DNA from: a virus
Taxonomy: Duplodnaviria; Caudoviricetes
Virus record (IMG/VR): IMGVR_UViG_3300026077_000001
Direction: 5' to 3' (one strand)
Length of the DNA: 64,000 nucleotides
The translations under genes were made by a program, and so were the position numbers. Numbering within the stretch: the first letter of the stretch is position 1; the number at the start of each line of letters is the position of its first letter. The notes below the pieces were generated by a model. The model saw only the letters and a program-made list of their open reading frames with translations, was not told where the DNA came from and did not search any database. This document shows, piece by piece, positions 27,750-37,763 of this stretch.

Positions 27750-28832
27750 ATGACAACTCTTTCAAGAAAGGAGCAAGGTCTACTGTCAGGATGGAGCGAG
27801 TTTTGTGAGTGGGTTACAAGTACAAACAACCGCATTTATGTTGGTTGGTTTGGAGTTTTAATGATTCCTTGCTTGTTAGCTGCTGCTACTTGCTTTATCG
27901 TGGCGTTCATCGCTGCTCCTCCCGTAGATATCGACGGGATCCGTGAACCAGTTGCTGGTTCATTTATGTATGGTAACAACATCATCTCTGGTGCTGTCGT
28001 TCCATCCTCTAACGCTATCGGACTACACTTCTACCCTATATGGGAAGCTGCCACACTAGATGAGTGGTTGTATAACGGAGGTCCATATCAGTTAGTAATC
28101 TTCCACTTCCTTATTGGAATCTCTGCCTATATGGGTAGACAGTGGGAGTTATCATACCGTTTAGGTATGCGTCCTTGGATCTGTGTAGCATATTCTGCTC
28201 CAGTATCTGCTGCATTCGCAGTCTTCTTAGTTTATCCTTTCGGTCAGGGATCTTTCTCTGATGGTATGCCTCTAGGTATATCAGGTACGTTCAACTTTAT
28301 GTTCGTATTCCAAGCAGAACATAATATCTTGATGCATCCATTCCATATGGCAGGTGTCGCAGGTATGTTCGGAGGAGCACTATTCTCTGCTATGCACGGT
28401 TCACTTGTTACCTCTTCTCTTATCAGAGAAACAACTGGGTTAGACTCTCAGAACTATGGTTACAAGTTCGGACAAGAAGAAGAAACATACAACATAGTTG
28501 CTGCACACGGTTACTTTGGAAGACTTATATTCCAGTATGCTTCATTCAATAACTCAAGAAGTTTACACTTCTTCCTTGCAACATTCCCAGTTGTTTGTGT
28601 ATGGTTAACCTCTATGGGTATCTGTACAATGGCATTCAACTTGAATGGATTTAACTTCAACCAGTCGGTTGTAGATACAAATGGAAAGGTAGTTCCTACT
28701 TGGGGTGACGTTCTTAACAGAGCAAACTTAGGTATGGAAGTAATGCACGAGCGTAATGCTCACAACTTCCCTCTTGATCTTGCTGCTGCTGAGACATCTG
28801 AAGTTGCACTTGTTGCTCCTTCAGTTGGATAA
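27750..28832 (+). CDS. psbA: Photosystem II D1 protein, Prochlorococcus-like, intronless
   Basis: Full 360-aa D1; [33 protein letters not shown]. Confidence 0.99.
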   Translation: MTTLSRKEQGLLSGWSEFCEWVTSTNNRIYVGWFGVLMIPCLLAAATCFIVAFIAAPPVDIDGIREPVAGSFMYGNNIISGAVVPSSNAIGLHFYPIWEAATLDEWLYNGGPYQLVIFHFLIGISAYMGRQWELSYRLGMRPWICVAYSAPVSAAFAVFLVYPFGQGSFSDGMPLGISGTFNFMFVFQAEHNILMHPFHMAGVAGMFGGALFSAMHGSLVTSSLIRETTGLDSQNYGYKFGQEEETYNIVAAHGYFGRLIFQYASFNNSRSLHFFLATFPVVCVWLTSMGICTMAFNLNGFNFNQSVVDTNGKVVPTWGDVLNRANLGMEVMHERNAHNFPLDLAAAETSEVALVAPSVG

Positions 28833-28915
28833 TGAAAATTAAACGACTCAAGCACTGTAAGTTATCCCAGATGAAATTCTTCTACTGGGATGAACCATCA
28901 GATGATTCGATATAT

Positions 28916-28942
28916 AGAGGGAGTAATACTCCCTCTTTTTTT
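28916..28942 (+). terminator. Rho-independent terminator after psbA
   Basis: AGAGGGAG-TAATA-CTCCCTCT then T-run. Confidence 0.85.
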
Positions 28943-29167
28943 ATGGAAACTTCTAATTTCTATAGCGATGATCGCTTGAGAGAATCAACTGTTATAAACA
29001 ATGAATTCTATGGTGAAGGATACAATGTATTATGTGCAGAGTATGATACTCCTCCACCCAAAACTACTAAGCAATACTATGAACGCATTGCTAGTACTGT
29101 AACCAAACAATTTTTACACCTTCAGGATGCAGAGAATTTTGCTGAAGACTGGGTACTACGACGATGA
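28943..29167 (+). CDS. Hypothetical protein
   Basis: ATG after terminator; C-terminal AENFAEDWVL. Confidence 0.6.
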   Translation: METSNFYSDDRLRESTVINNEFYGEGYNVLCAEYDTPPPKTTKQYYERIASTVTKQFLHLQDAENFAEDWVLRR

Positions 29168-29631
29168 TTTTTAAACTTATACCTTCAGACGATCCCCTAC
29201 TACACAAGAAAATAAAGAAGTGTAGTTATAATTTAGATCGAAAAGAATTAGCCTCTGAATTAGCAGAGAATATGTTCCATCACAATGGGGTGGGACTGTC
29301 TGCTAATCAAATAGGTATAAATGAACGTGCGTTTGTTATGATGACAGACGTAGAGACACAAGCAACCTTAGTTCTATTCAATCCTAAGATTCTTAAGGAG
29401 TCTGTGGTTGAACACGTAATGGAAGAGGGTTGCTTATCATATCCAGGACAGACAGTAAAAGTACAACGTCCTTATGCTGTGACAGTTAAATATGAGGACG
29501 TTGATAAGAAGATACATAAAACTAAAATGTCTGGTATAACTGCTCGTATATTTCAGCACGAGTATGATCATATGGAAGGCATCGACTTCACACAACGTGC
29601 AAGTTGGAATTCTATTAAACAAAATCTATGA
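29164..29631 (+). CDS. def: Peptide deformylase
   Basis: GVGLSANQIG, EGCLS, HEYDH. Confidence 0.96.
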   Translation: MIFKLIPSDDPLLHKKIKKCSYNLDRKELASELAENMFHHNGVGLSANQIGINERAFVMMTDVETQATLVLFNPKILKESVVEHVMEEGCLSYPGQTVKVQRPYAVTVKYEDVDKKIHKTKMSGITARIFQHEYDHMEGIDFTQRASWNSIKQNL

Positions 29632-29933
29632 AGATTGATACACAAGGGATGAGTGGTCCTATTGATCCTAACTACGTAGGAAAACCACTAGAGCAACAGC
29701 AGAGGGAACTTCCTAGAGCAACTATCAAACCTAACAGGTTGTTCACTGAGACTTATGTCAAAGAGTTAAAGATTCTACTGAATGAGGTACTGGATGAACG
29801 TGAAGGTAAGATGGACTACGTATCTTACTTTGATACAAAATGTTTCAGTTACTTGGTAGGAGATGAAGAACCTGCTTACAAATCTAAAGATGTTGTGCTA
29901 GAATCTGAATACAAACCAAGTTACTACCAATAG
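29628..29933 (+). CDS. Hypothetical protein
   Basis: Coupled ORF. Confidence 0.6.
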   Translation: MKIDTQGMSGPIDPNYVGKPLEQQQRELPRATIKPNRLFTETYVKELKILLNEVLDEREGKMDYVSYFDTKCFSYLVGDEEPAYKSKDVVLESEYKPSYYQ

Positions 29934-30017
29934 TATGCACCTAATTATTATGGGTGTCAGTATCTTATTGATCTGCACCATCATTTGTTATCTGGTACTT
30001 TATAATCCACACAACTA

Positions 30018-30539
30018 ATGAGACTAGGAATAATGTGTTCGGGCGAAGGATCAAACTTCGAGAACATAGTACACTCTTGTCCTAATCATCAGGTTGTTCT
30101 GATGGTTTACAATAAAAAACATTGCGGTGCTAAGAAGAGAGCAGACAGACTTGACATCCCTTCTGTTCGCATCGCTAGTAAGAATGAGGATGACATCATC
30201 AAAATCTTTGATGCATATAATGTTGACCTCATCGTTATGGCAGGGTGGATGAGAGTTGTCAGCAAGAAATTTGTTGAAGCTTTTCCAGGGCGAATAATTA
30301 ATTTACACCCCTCCCTCCTACCAAAGTACAAAGGATTGCACGCTATAGAGCAAGCAATCCAAGCAGGTGAAGCAGAGACTGGTTGTTCTGTACACTTTGT
30401 TACTGAAGAGTTAGACTCTGGACAAGTGATCAAGCAACAGTCAGTACCTATTTTACCTGACGATACTGTAGAGACTGTCACTAGAGCAGTCCAACAATGT
30501 GAACACCAACTTTTACCACTCGTTATTAATTCATTATGA
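30018..30539 (+). CDS. purN: Phosphoribosylglycinamide formyltransferase
   Basis: SGEGSN, AGWMR, INLHPSLLP, GCSVHFV..LDSG. Confidence 0.96.
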   Translation: MRLGIMCSGEGSNFENIVHSCPNHQVVLMVYNKKHCGAKKRADRLDIPSVRIASKNEDDIIKIFDAYNVDLIVMAGWMRVVSKKFVEAFPGRIINLHPSLLPKYKGLHAIEQAIQAGEAETGCSVHFVTEELDSGQVIKQQSVPILPDDTVETVTRAVQQCEHQLLPLVINSL

Positions 30540-30727
30540 CTGAAGCAAAGGATTTAATTGCTCCACCAGAAGTAGAGACACACGGATCTCTATCTGTTGT
30601 AGTACCGATGGAAGATATGAAAGATATAATTCAACAACTATGGAAGTCACGTTCCACTGAGAAAAGATGTGGAGAGTTGTATAATAAATACAAAGAGCTC
30701 ACAACTTTTGATGATGATAGTAAGTGA
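30536..30727 (+). CDS. Small hypothetical protein
   Basis: Coupled ORF. Confidence 0.6.
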   Translation: MTEAKDLIAPPEVETHGSLSVVVPMEDMKDIIQQLWKSRSTEKRCGELYNKYKELTTFDDDSK

Positions 30728-31391
30728 TGTTGCTGACATAATTCGTAGTGCAGTTAAGACACTACCCATTACTAAGATGGAGTGTGACTTCCCTGAGATT
30801 CATAAGGATGATGTCACTATAGTTAATGAGATGTGGCATTGTCCTGGTCTTCGTAAGTTGCATCTAGAGACAGGTCGCACTAATAATCTTGAGGTATTAC
30901 ACTGTGTATTGTATCCTGATCCTGCTTATCCTATCCCTATTTTCGGATGTGATATTGTTGCAAATGATAAGGTTGTCACTGCAGCAATAGTAGATGTAAG
31001 TCCTGTAAGACATCTTAATCAGATTGATATCTATCCAGCAGTCACAAAGATTAGTAATAGATTTCAGTTTAAAGAAAGTAGAGCACTACCACTGTGGAGT
31101 GACGATATATTCTCACCACACTGTAAGTTTATGAGATTGAGAACGTATAATGAGAGGATAGATTACTGTGAATTACTATCACAACTGTTGACTGTATACT
31201 GTGGTCTAGTAGAGCAAGCAGAGTTAGATACTGATTGGGTTAATACTATGTTGAGGTTAGACGATCAAATATATTATTGTAAGCAGCAGAAAAAGAATCA
31301 GAAGACAATCGCCGTGCTATCTAGATGGTTTGATCCCCTATGGGCAAGGAATTATATCGATACAATATTATTTGACGAACCAAGAATGTAA
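30711..31391 (+). CDS. pcyA: Phycocyanobilin:ferredoxin oxidoreductase
   Basis: RKLHLE, LHCVLYPDP.Y.IPIFGCDIV, AAIVDVSP match the PcyA branch of ferredoxin-dependent bilin reductases. Confidence 0.85.
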   Translation: MMIVSDVADIIRSAVKTLPITKMECDFPEIHKDDVTIVNEMWHCPGLRKLHLETGRTNNLEVLHCVLYPDPAYPIPIFGCDIVANDKVVTAAIVDVSPVRHLNQIDIYPAVTKISNRFQFKESRALPLWSDDIFSPHCKFMRLRTYNERIDYCELLSQLLTVYCGLVEQAELDTDWVNTMLRLDDQIYYCKQQKKNQKTIAVLSRWFDPLWARNYIDTILFDEPRM

Positions 31392-31425
31392 TAAGGTTAA
31401 ATAATATTACTAATAAGGATATTTT

Positions 31426-31725
31426 ATGCTCTCTACTCAATATCGTCTGCGTTTAGAAGCAATTTGTAAAGACATTGCTGCTGGCACAGAAGTTAGTCTG
31501 GAAGATATGATCTGGGCTGACAAACTAGCAAAGTCAAACACATCTGCTAGAGGTATGTTAAGTAAAGCACGAAGACTATCGATAGATCCAACAGATTCTT
31601 TTCTGAATGAGTTGAACATAGGTGACCCCGATTCAACTCAACACCGAAGGGGTTTCGGAGATCCACAAGACGTGGTAGATTGGTTCCATCAAGAGAGGTC
31701 TGATGACTGGAGACAAAGAGATTAA
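31426..31725 (+). CDS. Conserved cyanophage hypothetical protein
   Basis: MLSTQYRLRLEAIC..MIWADKLAK, GDPD. Confidence 0.75.
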   Translation: MLSTQYRLRLEAICKDIAAGTEVSLEDMIWADKLAKSNTSARGMLSKARRLSIDPTDSFLNELNIGDPDSTQHRRGFGDPQDVVDWFHQERSDDWRQRD

Positions 31726-31996
31726 AGGTTACACCAGAGAGGATATCAAAAGGATCTTAGGATCCTCTTGGCCTACTATGCCTGAAGATCACGAGACTGG
31801 TAATGATGAAAGGAAGAGAAAGGGTAGGGAGATGAGAGCAGGGTTGAGACCATACCCTACATACCCTGCAAAGAAAGTTGGTCCTCAATTTGATGAGGAT
31901 GGAAAATATATCTACCCACCAGGTTCAGGATTTAATTGGATGGAGAAAATAGATCCTAATTCTCCTTGGAATTGCACAGGTGGTAAGGTATCCTAA
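31703..31996 (+). CDS. Hypothetical protein
   Basis: ORF track. Confidence 0.55.
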   Translation: MTGDKEIKGYTREDIKRILGSSWPTMPEDHETGNDERKRKGREMRAGLRPYPTYPAKKVGPQFDEDGKYIYPPGSGFNWMEKIDPNSPWNCTGGKVS

Positions 31997-32023
31997 CTAA
32001 ATACCTGTAGTAAAAGAGTGTAA

Positions 32024-35000
32024 ATGTCTGGCAATAACGCCTGGTTCGAACAAAATTGTGATCCTGATGACGTAGTAGAAAGTACTGAACCCGTTGCGTC
32101 AGGTGGTGGTCCTATTGGTGCACCTGGCGGTGGAGCTTCACCTAATACTGTTAATGCTGTCATCGAACAACTCATTGGACAGTGTTACGGGACACCTATA
32201 CCAAGGAAGCCAAACTTTAGGGATGATGATGACGATGATGACGATGATGAATTCGAGCTTGACTGGGAATACTTAGTACCAACATTAACTGGACACGGTT
32301 GGCCACCACCAACTATAACCAAGATAAAATTAAAGATACCAACAACAGATAATCCAGGTGAACCTAATATTTGCTTCGCTGAGAATGGTGAGGAGATAAA
32401 GTGTGACCACGGAAAGGATCCTACCCTAGAGGATTGTATTAAAGAGCATTTGAAGTGTGTCTTTAAACCTTACGTTGGTGGTGCTTGGAAACCACCAGCA
32501 GCAGACTGTGATTCGTTTGTACCAGCTTCAATGTTTGGTACGACAAAGAAAATATGTGTACAGGATTGTGTAACAGATAGAGTACCAGTATACGAACACA
32601 TCTTAGGTGATACTCCTACAGCTACTGCAGCCTTCAGTGATAAAGATACTGTCACAGTAACAGGTAGTGGTACTTGTCTCTGTACCTTTGAGCATAGATG
32701 GAAAGACCAAGAGTATACTGCTGGTACTGCTGTAGATACTATTACTATTAATGGTACTACGTTCACCCGTTCAGGTACCCGTGGAAAGACGACACAGACT
32801 ATCGCATTAACCGCAGGAAATTATCCCATAACTTATGGAGGTTTACACCCCACTGGTGGATATAATATTGAGGTGAATCAAGAGTATGGTACTAATAAGA
32901 CTGTCGTATTCAGAGATGGACACGGTTCTGATGTCAACGGTAGGTTTAGTATTCTATCTAGCAATATATCTTCCGATCATATGTACAGCTTGAGCCCGAC
33001 TGCTCCAGCTGGGTACTTACAGAACAGTACACCAATGTTCTATGCACACAACGTGCAACAGGCTCGTGGTGCGTTCCCTGTGTACACGTCATACTCATCA
33101 ATGAATGTAGATCATATGCTTACCACTGACCCAGCTGGTGAGAAAGCAACGATGGATTCTCAAGGGTTCGGTGCACGGGATGAAGTATTGTTCTACGGGT
33201 TCACAGACAAACAGGATATGATATCAGAAATGATGGATGGAGAAACTCCTGTGACACTTTATAGGTATTACTCCCCTGAAAGTAAGGATCATATGTATTC
33301 CACCACACCTATTGGTGGTCCTCCTATTGAAGCTAACCTAGAGGAAGGATATTATATGTTATCGAGTAAGGCAGAGACTTATCTGAACTTTACTTTTAAT
33401 TGTAGACAGGGATCAGCAAGTTATGACAACACAATGGGGTTCTATCTATGTAATGCTGACGATGAACCTGTACACGGTAGAGTTATACTAGAGAACGCAA
33501 CTGATGCTAGTGGTACGTTTACTTACAAAGTACCAGTTGATGAACTGAATCAATACATCCCTTGCAAATTAGGATTCTTTATGATACCTGACGGAGATGG
33601 ACGTGGAACTTCTCGTGGTGATGCAGTGACTTTTAGTACCCTTAATGGTGGGTGGAGAGTAGACCAGAGTGGATCTGCACAGAATAATAATACTTGGTTC
33701 TCACAAAAGCATTTGAATCCTGGTGGTAAAGATATGACCAAGTGGCCTGATAGAACGTGGCAATATTGGGAAGACTTATTGAATGGTGATGATGATTATA
33801 ATGATATGAAACAGTCATATCAATTACGTTATGGAGACAGCGAGTATATTTACGAAGGAATACAATGCTTTGTCTTTGGAGTGGATTCTAATCCAGTATA
33901 TGAGGACATCACTTCTGTAGATAAGTGTGAAGAGAGAGTGTTTGATGAGCAGTTTGTTAACTGTTCGATGACAAGGACTGAGTGTGGAGCAATGCAAGAA
34001 GAGAATGACTATGGATGTTCTGCTTGTACTGGTACTGTTGCATATAAAATGGCAACCACACAGAATGTTACTGCACTTAAGAATGCAGACCTAGAGATCA
34101 GATCACACGGTGGTATGACAGGTGGTTGGGGTGACTGTACTAAATTTACTTGGTCACTTCATAAGAATGGAGTACAAATACATTCTAAACAAGAGGATGT
34201 AAGTAAGTGGAAGAAGATTGGAACTCCTCTTTATAGTTTTAGTGTTATTAAAGGTGATCGTATCACTTGGAAGTTAGATTCTATTGATGTAGGACATTAT
34301 AATGGTAGGGTGACACCTGCTATGTCCCTACGAGATGCTACTACTAAGAAGTTCCTGAACACTTGGGAGTTATTGTTGATAACTCAGTCAAGTAGTTACA
34401 GAACTAATAACCCTGCACAGAATGATGGTAACCTAGCAACACACGAACCAACAGAACCTTGTGGTTTACCTTATAGTATTCAGTTGTATAACTTTGAAGA
34501 TGATGGTGACGATGAAGTAACTAAAGAGAATTACACTACTGTACTTACTAATCAGGTAGTTCAGAACAATGTACTTGAAGTACGTGGTGGATACCAGACC
34601 AATGAGTTGAAAGTTATAGGACGTAAACCTACTTGGCAAATGGTCAATGGTGACACAGGATACATTAATACTACTGGTGACTATGGTTTCACAGTTAAAC
34701 TTCAGTGGACAATGCACGATGATGATAACGGTGAGACTGACTGGAAGTTAATAGAGGTAATTGATTGGGGTAAAGGTGGATACTATGTTGATGATGAGTG
34801 TAAATTATTTGTTGGTAAGTATCCAGAGGATGATGATGATAATTCTGGATCTTTCTACCTAGGTATGAAGGTAACAGGCATCAATGATGTTGAATGTCCT
34901 GCTGCTGGTAGTACACAAGGTAGGATCCAAGACCTACAGTTACAAGCATCACACGAGAGAGATCAATCAACACCTAGACAGTTAGATGTATTGGTTGTAG

Positions 35001-35578
35001 ATCAGCAGGTTGTACAAACTAATGAGTTCGTAGTTAATATGGATTCAATCTTCTCTAGTTTCTTTAGATATAAAACAGGTAAGGCTGAGTCCTTCCATCA
35101 ATATTGGTTACAACAATCTCTTCTAGGTAATGATGTTCTATTCTATACAGACTACAGAGATCCTCAAGGATTAGAATTTAGATTACGTATAAGAGTTACC
35201 AGACAAGAGTACTATCAAGCAGGTGATGCTTATAAGTTTAAGAAGTATGGATGGTTTGGTAACGTAAGGATGCACTCAGTAACAAGTTATGGTAAGAGGT
35301 ATGCTGAAGGACACATAGCACAGATCTCTTGGCCACCTGAAAGATTGCAGTATACTAATGGTAAGGAACCCAGTTCACCATACTTCCCAGTGCAGACAAA
35401 CTTACCTAAGAAGGTACAGGTGAGAGATGCTACCAACGCAAGGTTCCAACGTAACGCTAGGTATGCAATTTACCAGTCAATGCACGACAAAACCTCTCAA
35501 GTGTGGTATAGTAATCAAAACAGCTATGTACCAACTCAAACGAGATGGTTTGACATCCTAGCAACGGAGGTAGATTAA
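32024..35578 (+). CDS. Large probable virion/surface protein with DUF4114-like and DHMY-repeat beta domains
   Basis: CTAAATA 31997; WEDLLNGDDDYND; three DHM(Y/L) repeats; Cys-rich linkers. Confidence 0.7.
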   Translation: MSGNNAWFEQNCDPDDVVESTEPVASGGGPIGAPGGGASPNTVNAVIEQLIGQCYGTPIPRKPNFRDDDDDDDDDEFELDWEYLVPTLTGHGWPPPTITKIKLKIPTTDNPGEPNICFAENGEEIKCDHGKDPTLEDCIKEHLKCVFKPYVGGAWKPPAADCDSFVPASMFGTTKKICVQDCVTDRVPVYEHILGDTPTATAAFSDKDTVTVTGSGTCLCTFEHRWKDQEYTAGTAVDTITINGTTFTRSGTRGKTTQTIALTAGNYPITYGGLHPTGGYNIEVNQEYGTNKTVVFRDGHGSDVNGRFSILSSNISSDHMYSLSPTAPAGYLQNSTPMFYAHNVQQARGAFPVYTSYSSMNVDHMLTTDPAGEKATMDSQGFGARDEVLFYGFTDKQDMISEMMDGETPVTLYRYYSPESKDHMYSTTPIGGPPIEANLEEGYYMLSSKAETYLNFTFNCRQGSASYDNTMGFYLCNADDEPVHGRVILENATDASGTFTYKVPVDELNQYIPCKLGFFMIPDGDGRGTSRGDAVTFSTLNGGWRVDQSGSAQNNNTWFSQKHLNPGGKDMTKWPDRTWQYWEDLLNGDDDYNDMKQSYQLRYGDSEYIYEGIQCFVFGVDSNPVYEDITSVDKCEERVFDEQFVNCSMTRTECGAMQEENDYGCSACTGTVAYKMATTQNVTALKNADLEIRSHGGMTGGWGDCTKFTWSLHKNGVQIHSKQEDVSKWKKIGTPLYSFSVIKGDRITWKLDSIDVGHYNGRVTPAMSLRDATTKKFLNTWELLLITQSSSYRTNNPAQNDGNLATHEPTEPCGLPYSIQLYNFEDDGDDEVTKENYTTVLTNQVVQNNVLEVRGGYQTNELKVIGRKPTWQMVNGDTGYINTTGDYGFTVKLQWTMHDDDNGETDWKLIEVIDWGKGGYYVDDECKLFVGKYPEDDDDNSGSFYLGMKVTGINDVECPAAGSTQGRIQDLQLQASHERDQSTPRQLDVLVVDQQVVQTNEFVVNMDSIFSSFFRYKTGKAESFHQYWLQQSLLGNDVLFYTDYRDPQGLEFRLRIRVTRQEYYQAGDAYKFKKYGWFGNVRMHSVTSYGKRYAEGHIAQISWPPERLQYTNGKEPSSPYFPVQTNLPKKVQVRDATNARFQRNARYAIYQSMHDKTSQVWYSNQNSYVPTQTRWFDILATEVD

Positions 35579-35847
35579 TGGATGCAGCAGACAGAAGACT
35601 TGCAAAGTCAATGAAAGAACTCCAAGCAATCAATCGTGGATTGAAGAGAGCAGACGGAGATCAGAGTAAAATGAACAAAGAACTTAAGAAAATAAGGAGA
35701 TATTTTAAAAGTCCCTTAGCAGAGGTTGCAAGATTAGACAATACGCTATATAATATAACGAAACCAACACAAACTGTCCAGGATGAGCACAAAGGAACAG
35801 AAGCAGAGGGGGATAACCCTTCTATTGGAGAGTCTGCACAAACCTGA
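35578..35847 (+). CDS. Hypothetical protein
   Basis: TAATG coupling. Confidence 0.5.
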   Translation: MDAADRRLAKSMKELQAINRGLKRADGDQSKMNKELKKIRRYFKSPLAEVARLDNTLYNITKPTQTVQDEHKGTEAEGDNPSIGESAQT

Positions 35848-35962
35848 TACTAAGCTTAGGAATTGTGCACACAACCAAGAATGTTATAATGAACTCATAA
35901 TGTACAGAGAACAGGTTATTGAATACTGTCAGACATTACTAAAGGAGGTAAACGATGATTAA
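35783..35962 (+). CDS. Small conserved cyanophage protein (59 aa)
   Basis: LLLESLHKPD.KLR.CAHNQEC; sigma70-like TAGACA..TATAAT upstream. Confidence 0.6.
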   Translation: MSTKEQKQRGITLLLESLHKPDTKLRNCAHNQECYNELIMYREQVIEYCQTLLKEVNDD

Positions 35963-36170
35963 TCTGGACGAAAAGTATCATCACTACCTCGAATCAGGTA
36001 GAACACTCAGAATTGATGGGTGTAATGAGAAACTAACAGGATATGGTTATAACTGCGATGGCAATGAAATCGTAGGGTACTATCTACTCACGGATAACTA
36101 TAAGTTATTCTATAATATGAATGAGCAGTTCCTTAAGCTTGTGCCAGTTCGAGAACTGTCACACACATAG
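35955..36170 (+). CDS. Hypothetical protein
   Basis: AGGAGG RBS. Confidence 0.7.
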   Translation: MINLDEKYHHYLESGRTLRIDGCNEKLTGYGYNCDGNEIVGYYLLTDNYKLFYNMNEQFLKLVPVRELSHT

Positions 36171-36316
36171 TTGACGGTTATCACACTCTCATAGTATTAT
36201 AAATACTTCTTAACAAAGGACTCGAAATTATCGTACCCCTGCGTTGGATTCATACAACTCTCTATGTCGAGAGAGTTATCATCCGCAGGGTATTTTTGTG
36301 TCCTTGCGAGATAGAA
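36171..36316 (+). promoter_or_regulatory. Dual promoter and structured 5' leader
   Basis: TTGACG 36171/TATTAT 36195, TATAAATA 36198; nested stems AAGGAC/GTCCTT, CCCTGCG/CGCAGGG, AACTCTCT/AGAGAGTT. Confidence 0.6.
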
Positions 36317-36326
36317 ACATAAACAA

Positions 36327-36716
36327 ATGTCTATTAAATCAACAATCGCTGCAGTAGCAGCATCTCCATTCCTATTCGCTGGTGCAGCTTTTGCTGGTCC
36401 ATATGTGAATGTCGAAAGCAACCTTTCTTACCCTGATGGTGAGTATTCAGGTGCTACAACTGACATCCACGTAGGTTACGAAGGAGTTAATGCAACAGGA
36501 AAATTAGGTTACTACGTACAAGGTGGTCCAGCTATTACTCATAGCGAAGCTGCTTCTGATACTGATACAGATTTCTCTGGTAAGGTTGGAGTATCTTATG
36601 CTCTTGCTGATGCTACATCTGTATACGGTGAGCTTTCAGGCATCACTGATGAGGACACTAATGGTGACTCACTAGTTAACTGGGGAGCAAAAGCTGGAGT
36701 TAAGTTCGTTTTCTAA
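36327..36716 (+). CDS. Host-like outer-membrane beta-strand protein with signal peptide (DUF680/porin-like)
   Basis: Signal peptide ending AAFA; amphipathic strands; terminal GVKFVF. Confidence 0.7.
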   Translation: MSIKSTIAAVAASPFLFAGAAFAGPYVNVESNLSYPDGEYSGATTDIHVGYEGVNATGKLGYYVQGGPAITHSEAASDTDTDFSGKVGVSYALADATSVYGELSGITDEDTNGDSLVNWGAKAGVKFVF

Positions 36717-36746
36717 TTGACAAACGTCTATTAGATAATATATACT

Positions 36747-36773
36747 GGGTGGGGATTTTCTCCACCCTTTTTT
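36747..36773 (+). terminator. Rho-independent terminator
   Basis: GGGTGG..GA/TCCACCC then T6. Confidence 0.7.
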
Positions 36774-36789
36774 ATTGCTTTAAAACCCT

Positions 36790-37038
36790 ATGGCTGCTCC
36801 CAATAATACTGCAATCTACACTAAATCAGGTTGCCCATTTTGTACAAAGATTAAGAGAGTATATAACGAGAAAGGTTGGAACTACGTAGAGTATAAACTT
36901 GATGAGAATTTTAATCGTGATCAATTTTATAGTGAGTTTGGACGTGGTGCTACCTTCCCTCAACTAGTAGTTGATGGTAAAAAGTTAGGAGGATGTAACG
37001 AAAGTATCAATCTTTTTAGAAGTCAAGGTATCATCTAA
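36790..37038 (+). CDS. grx: Glutaredoxin
   Basis: CPFC, TFPQ, LGG; TTGACA-N18-TATACT at 36718. Confidence 0.93.
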   Translation: MAAPNNTAIYTKSGCPFCTKIKRVYNEKGWNYVEYKLDENFNRDQFYSEFGRGATFPQLVVDGKKLGGCNESINLFRSQGII

Positions 37039-37066
37039 ATAGAATCAAGATCCCTAGGAGGTTTTT

Positions 37067-37306
37067 ATGGAAGAAGTATTGAGTTCACTTTATAACTTTG
37101 CACTCTTTGGATCTTTCCTCCTTGGTGTGGTTGTTACCTTTATTGGTAAGAGTTATCTCGACTCATACATTGACAACGCAGCGTATGCTAAGTCAATCAC
37201 ACACCCTGAGATGTTGGATGAAAACGGAAACGTAGACCAGTCAGAGTTACTCTATTTGCATCTCGTTGACGATGATGCTATACTAGAGGACAATGACGAC
37301 GATTAA
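37067..37306 (+). CDS. DUF2973-like membrane-anchored protein
   Basis: TM then HPEMLDENGNV. Confidence 0.7.
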   Translation: MEEVLSSLYNFALFGSFLLGVVVTFIGKSYLDSYIDNAAYAKSITHPEMLDENGNVDQSELLYLHLVDDDAILEDNDDD

Positions 37307-37325
37307 TTAATTTCTTGGAATTACT

Positions 37326-37763
37326 ATGAAACTGATGTTATCTGAAATTATTCAGAAGGCACACAATGCTAAGACTAAAGCAGAGAAGATTAAAATCCTT
37401 CAAAGCAACAACAGTCAAGCATTGAGGTCTCTATTCATTTGGAACTATGATGACAGTGTTACTTCTGTCATCCCTGAAGGTGAAGTACCTTATAGACCTA
37501 ATGAAGCACCTCAAGGAACTGAGCACACTAACTTAGCGTTAGAGTCAAGGAAGTTCTACTACTTTGTTAAAGGTGGTGCTGATAATCTATCTCGCACTAA
37601 GAGAGAGACAATGTTCATTCAAATGTGTGAAGGATTACACAAGGATGAAGCAGCAATTCTATGTCTTGTTAAGGACAAGCAACTTGGGAAGAAGTATAGG
37701 ATCACTAAAGCAGTGGTGACTGATGCATTTCCTGAAATCAAATGGGGAGGTCGTAGCAAGTGA
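37326..37763 (+). CDS. Conserved T4-like marine phage protein
   Basis: PEGEVPY, RETMFIQMCEGLHKDEA. Confidence 0.75.
   Translation: MKLMLSEIIQKAHNAKTKAEKIKILQSNNSQALRSLFIWNYDDSVTSVIPEGEVPYRPNEAPQGTEHTNLALESRKFYYFVKGGADNLSRTKRETMFIQMCEGLHKDEAAILCLVKDKQLGKKYRITKAVVTDAFPEIKWGGRSK

Noticed and set aside
28832-28942. 111-aa ORF starting right at the psbA stop
   Set aside because: It reads through a strong terminator; the gene more likely starts at 28943. A tiny upstream peptide cannot be excluded.
32221-32250. GAT/GAC triplet run
   Set aside because: Poly-Asp coding tract, like others at 25140 and 26730.
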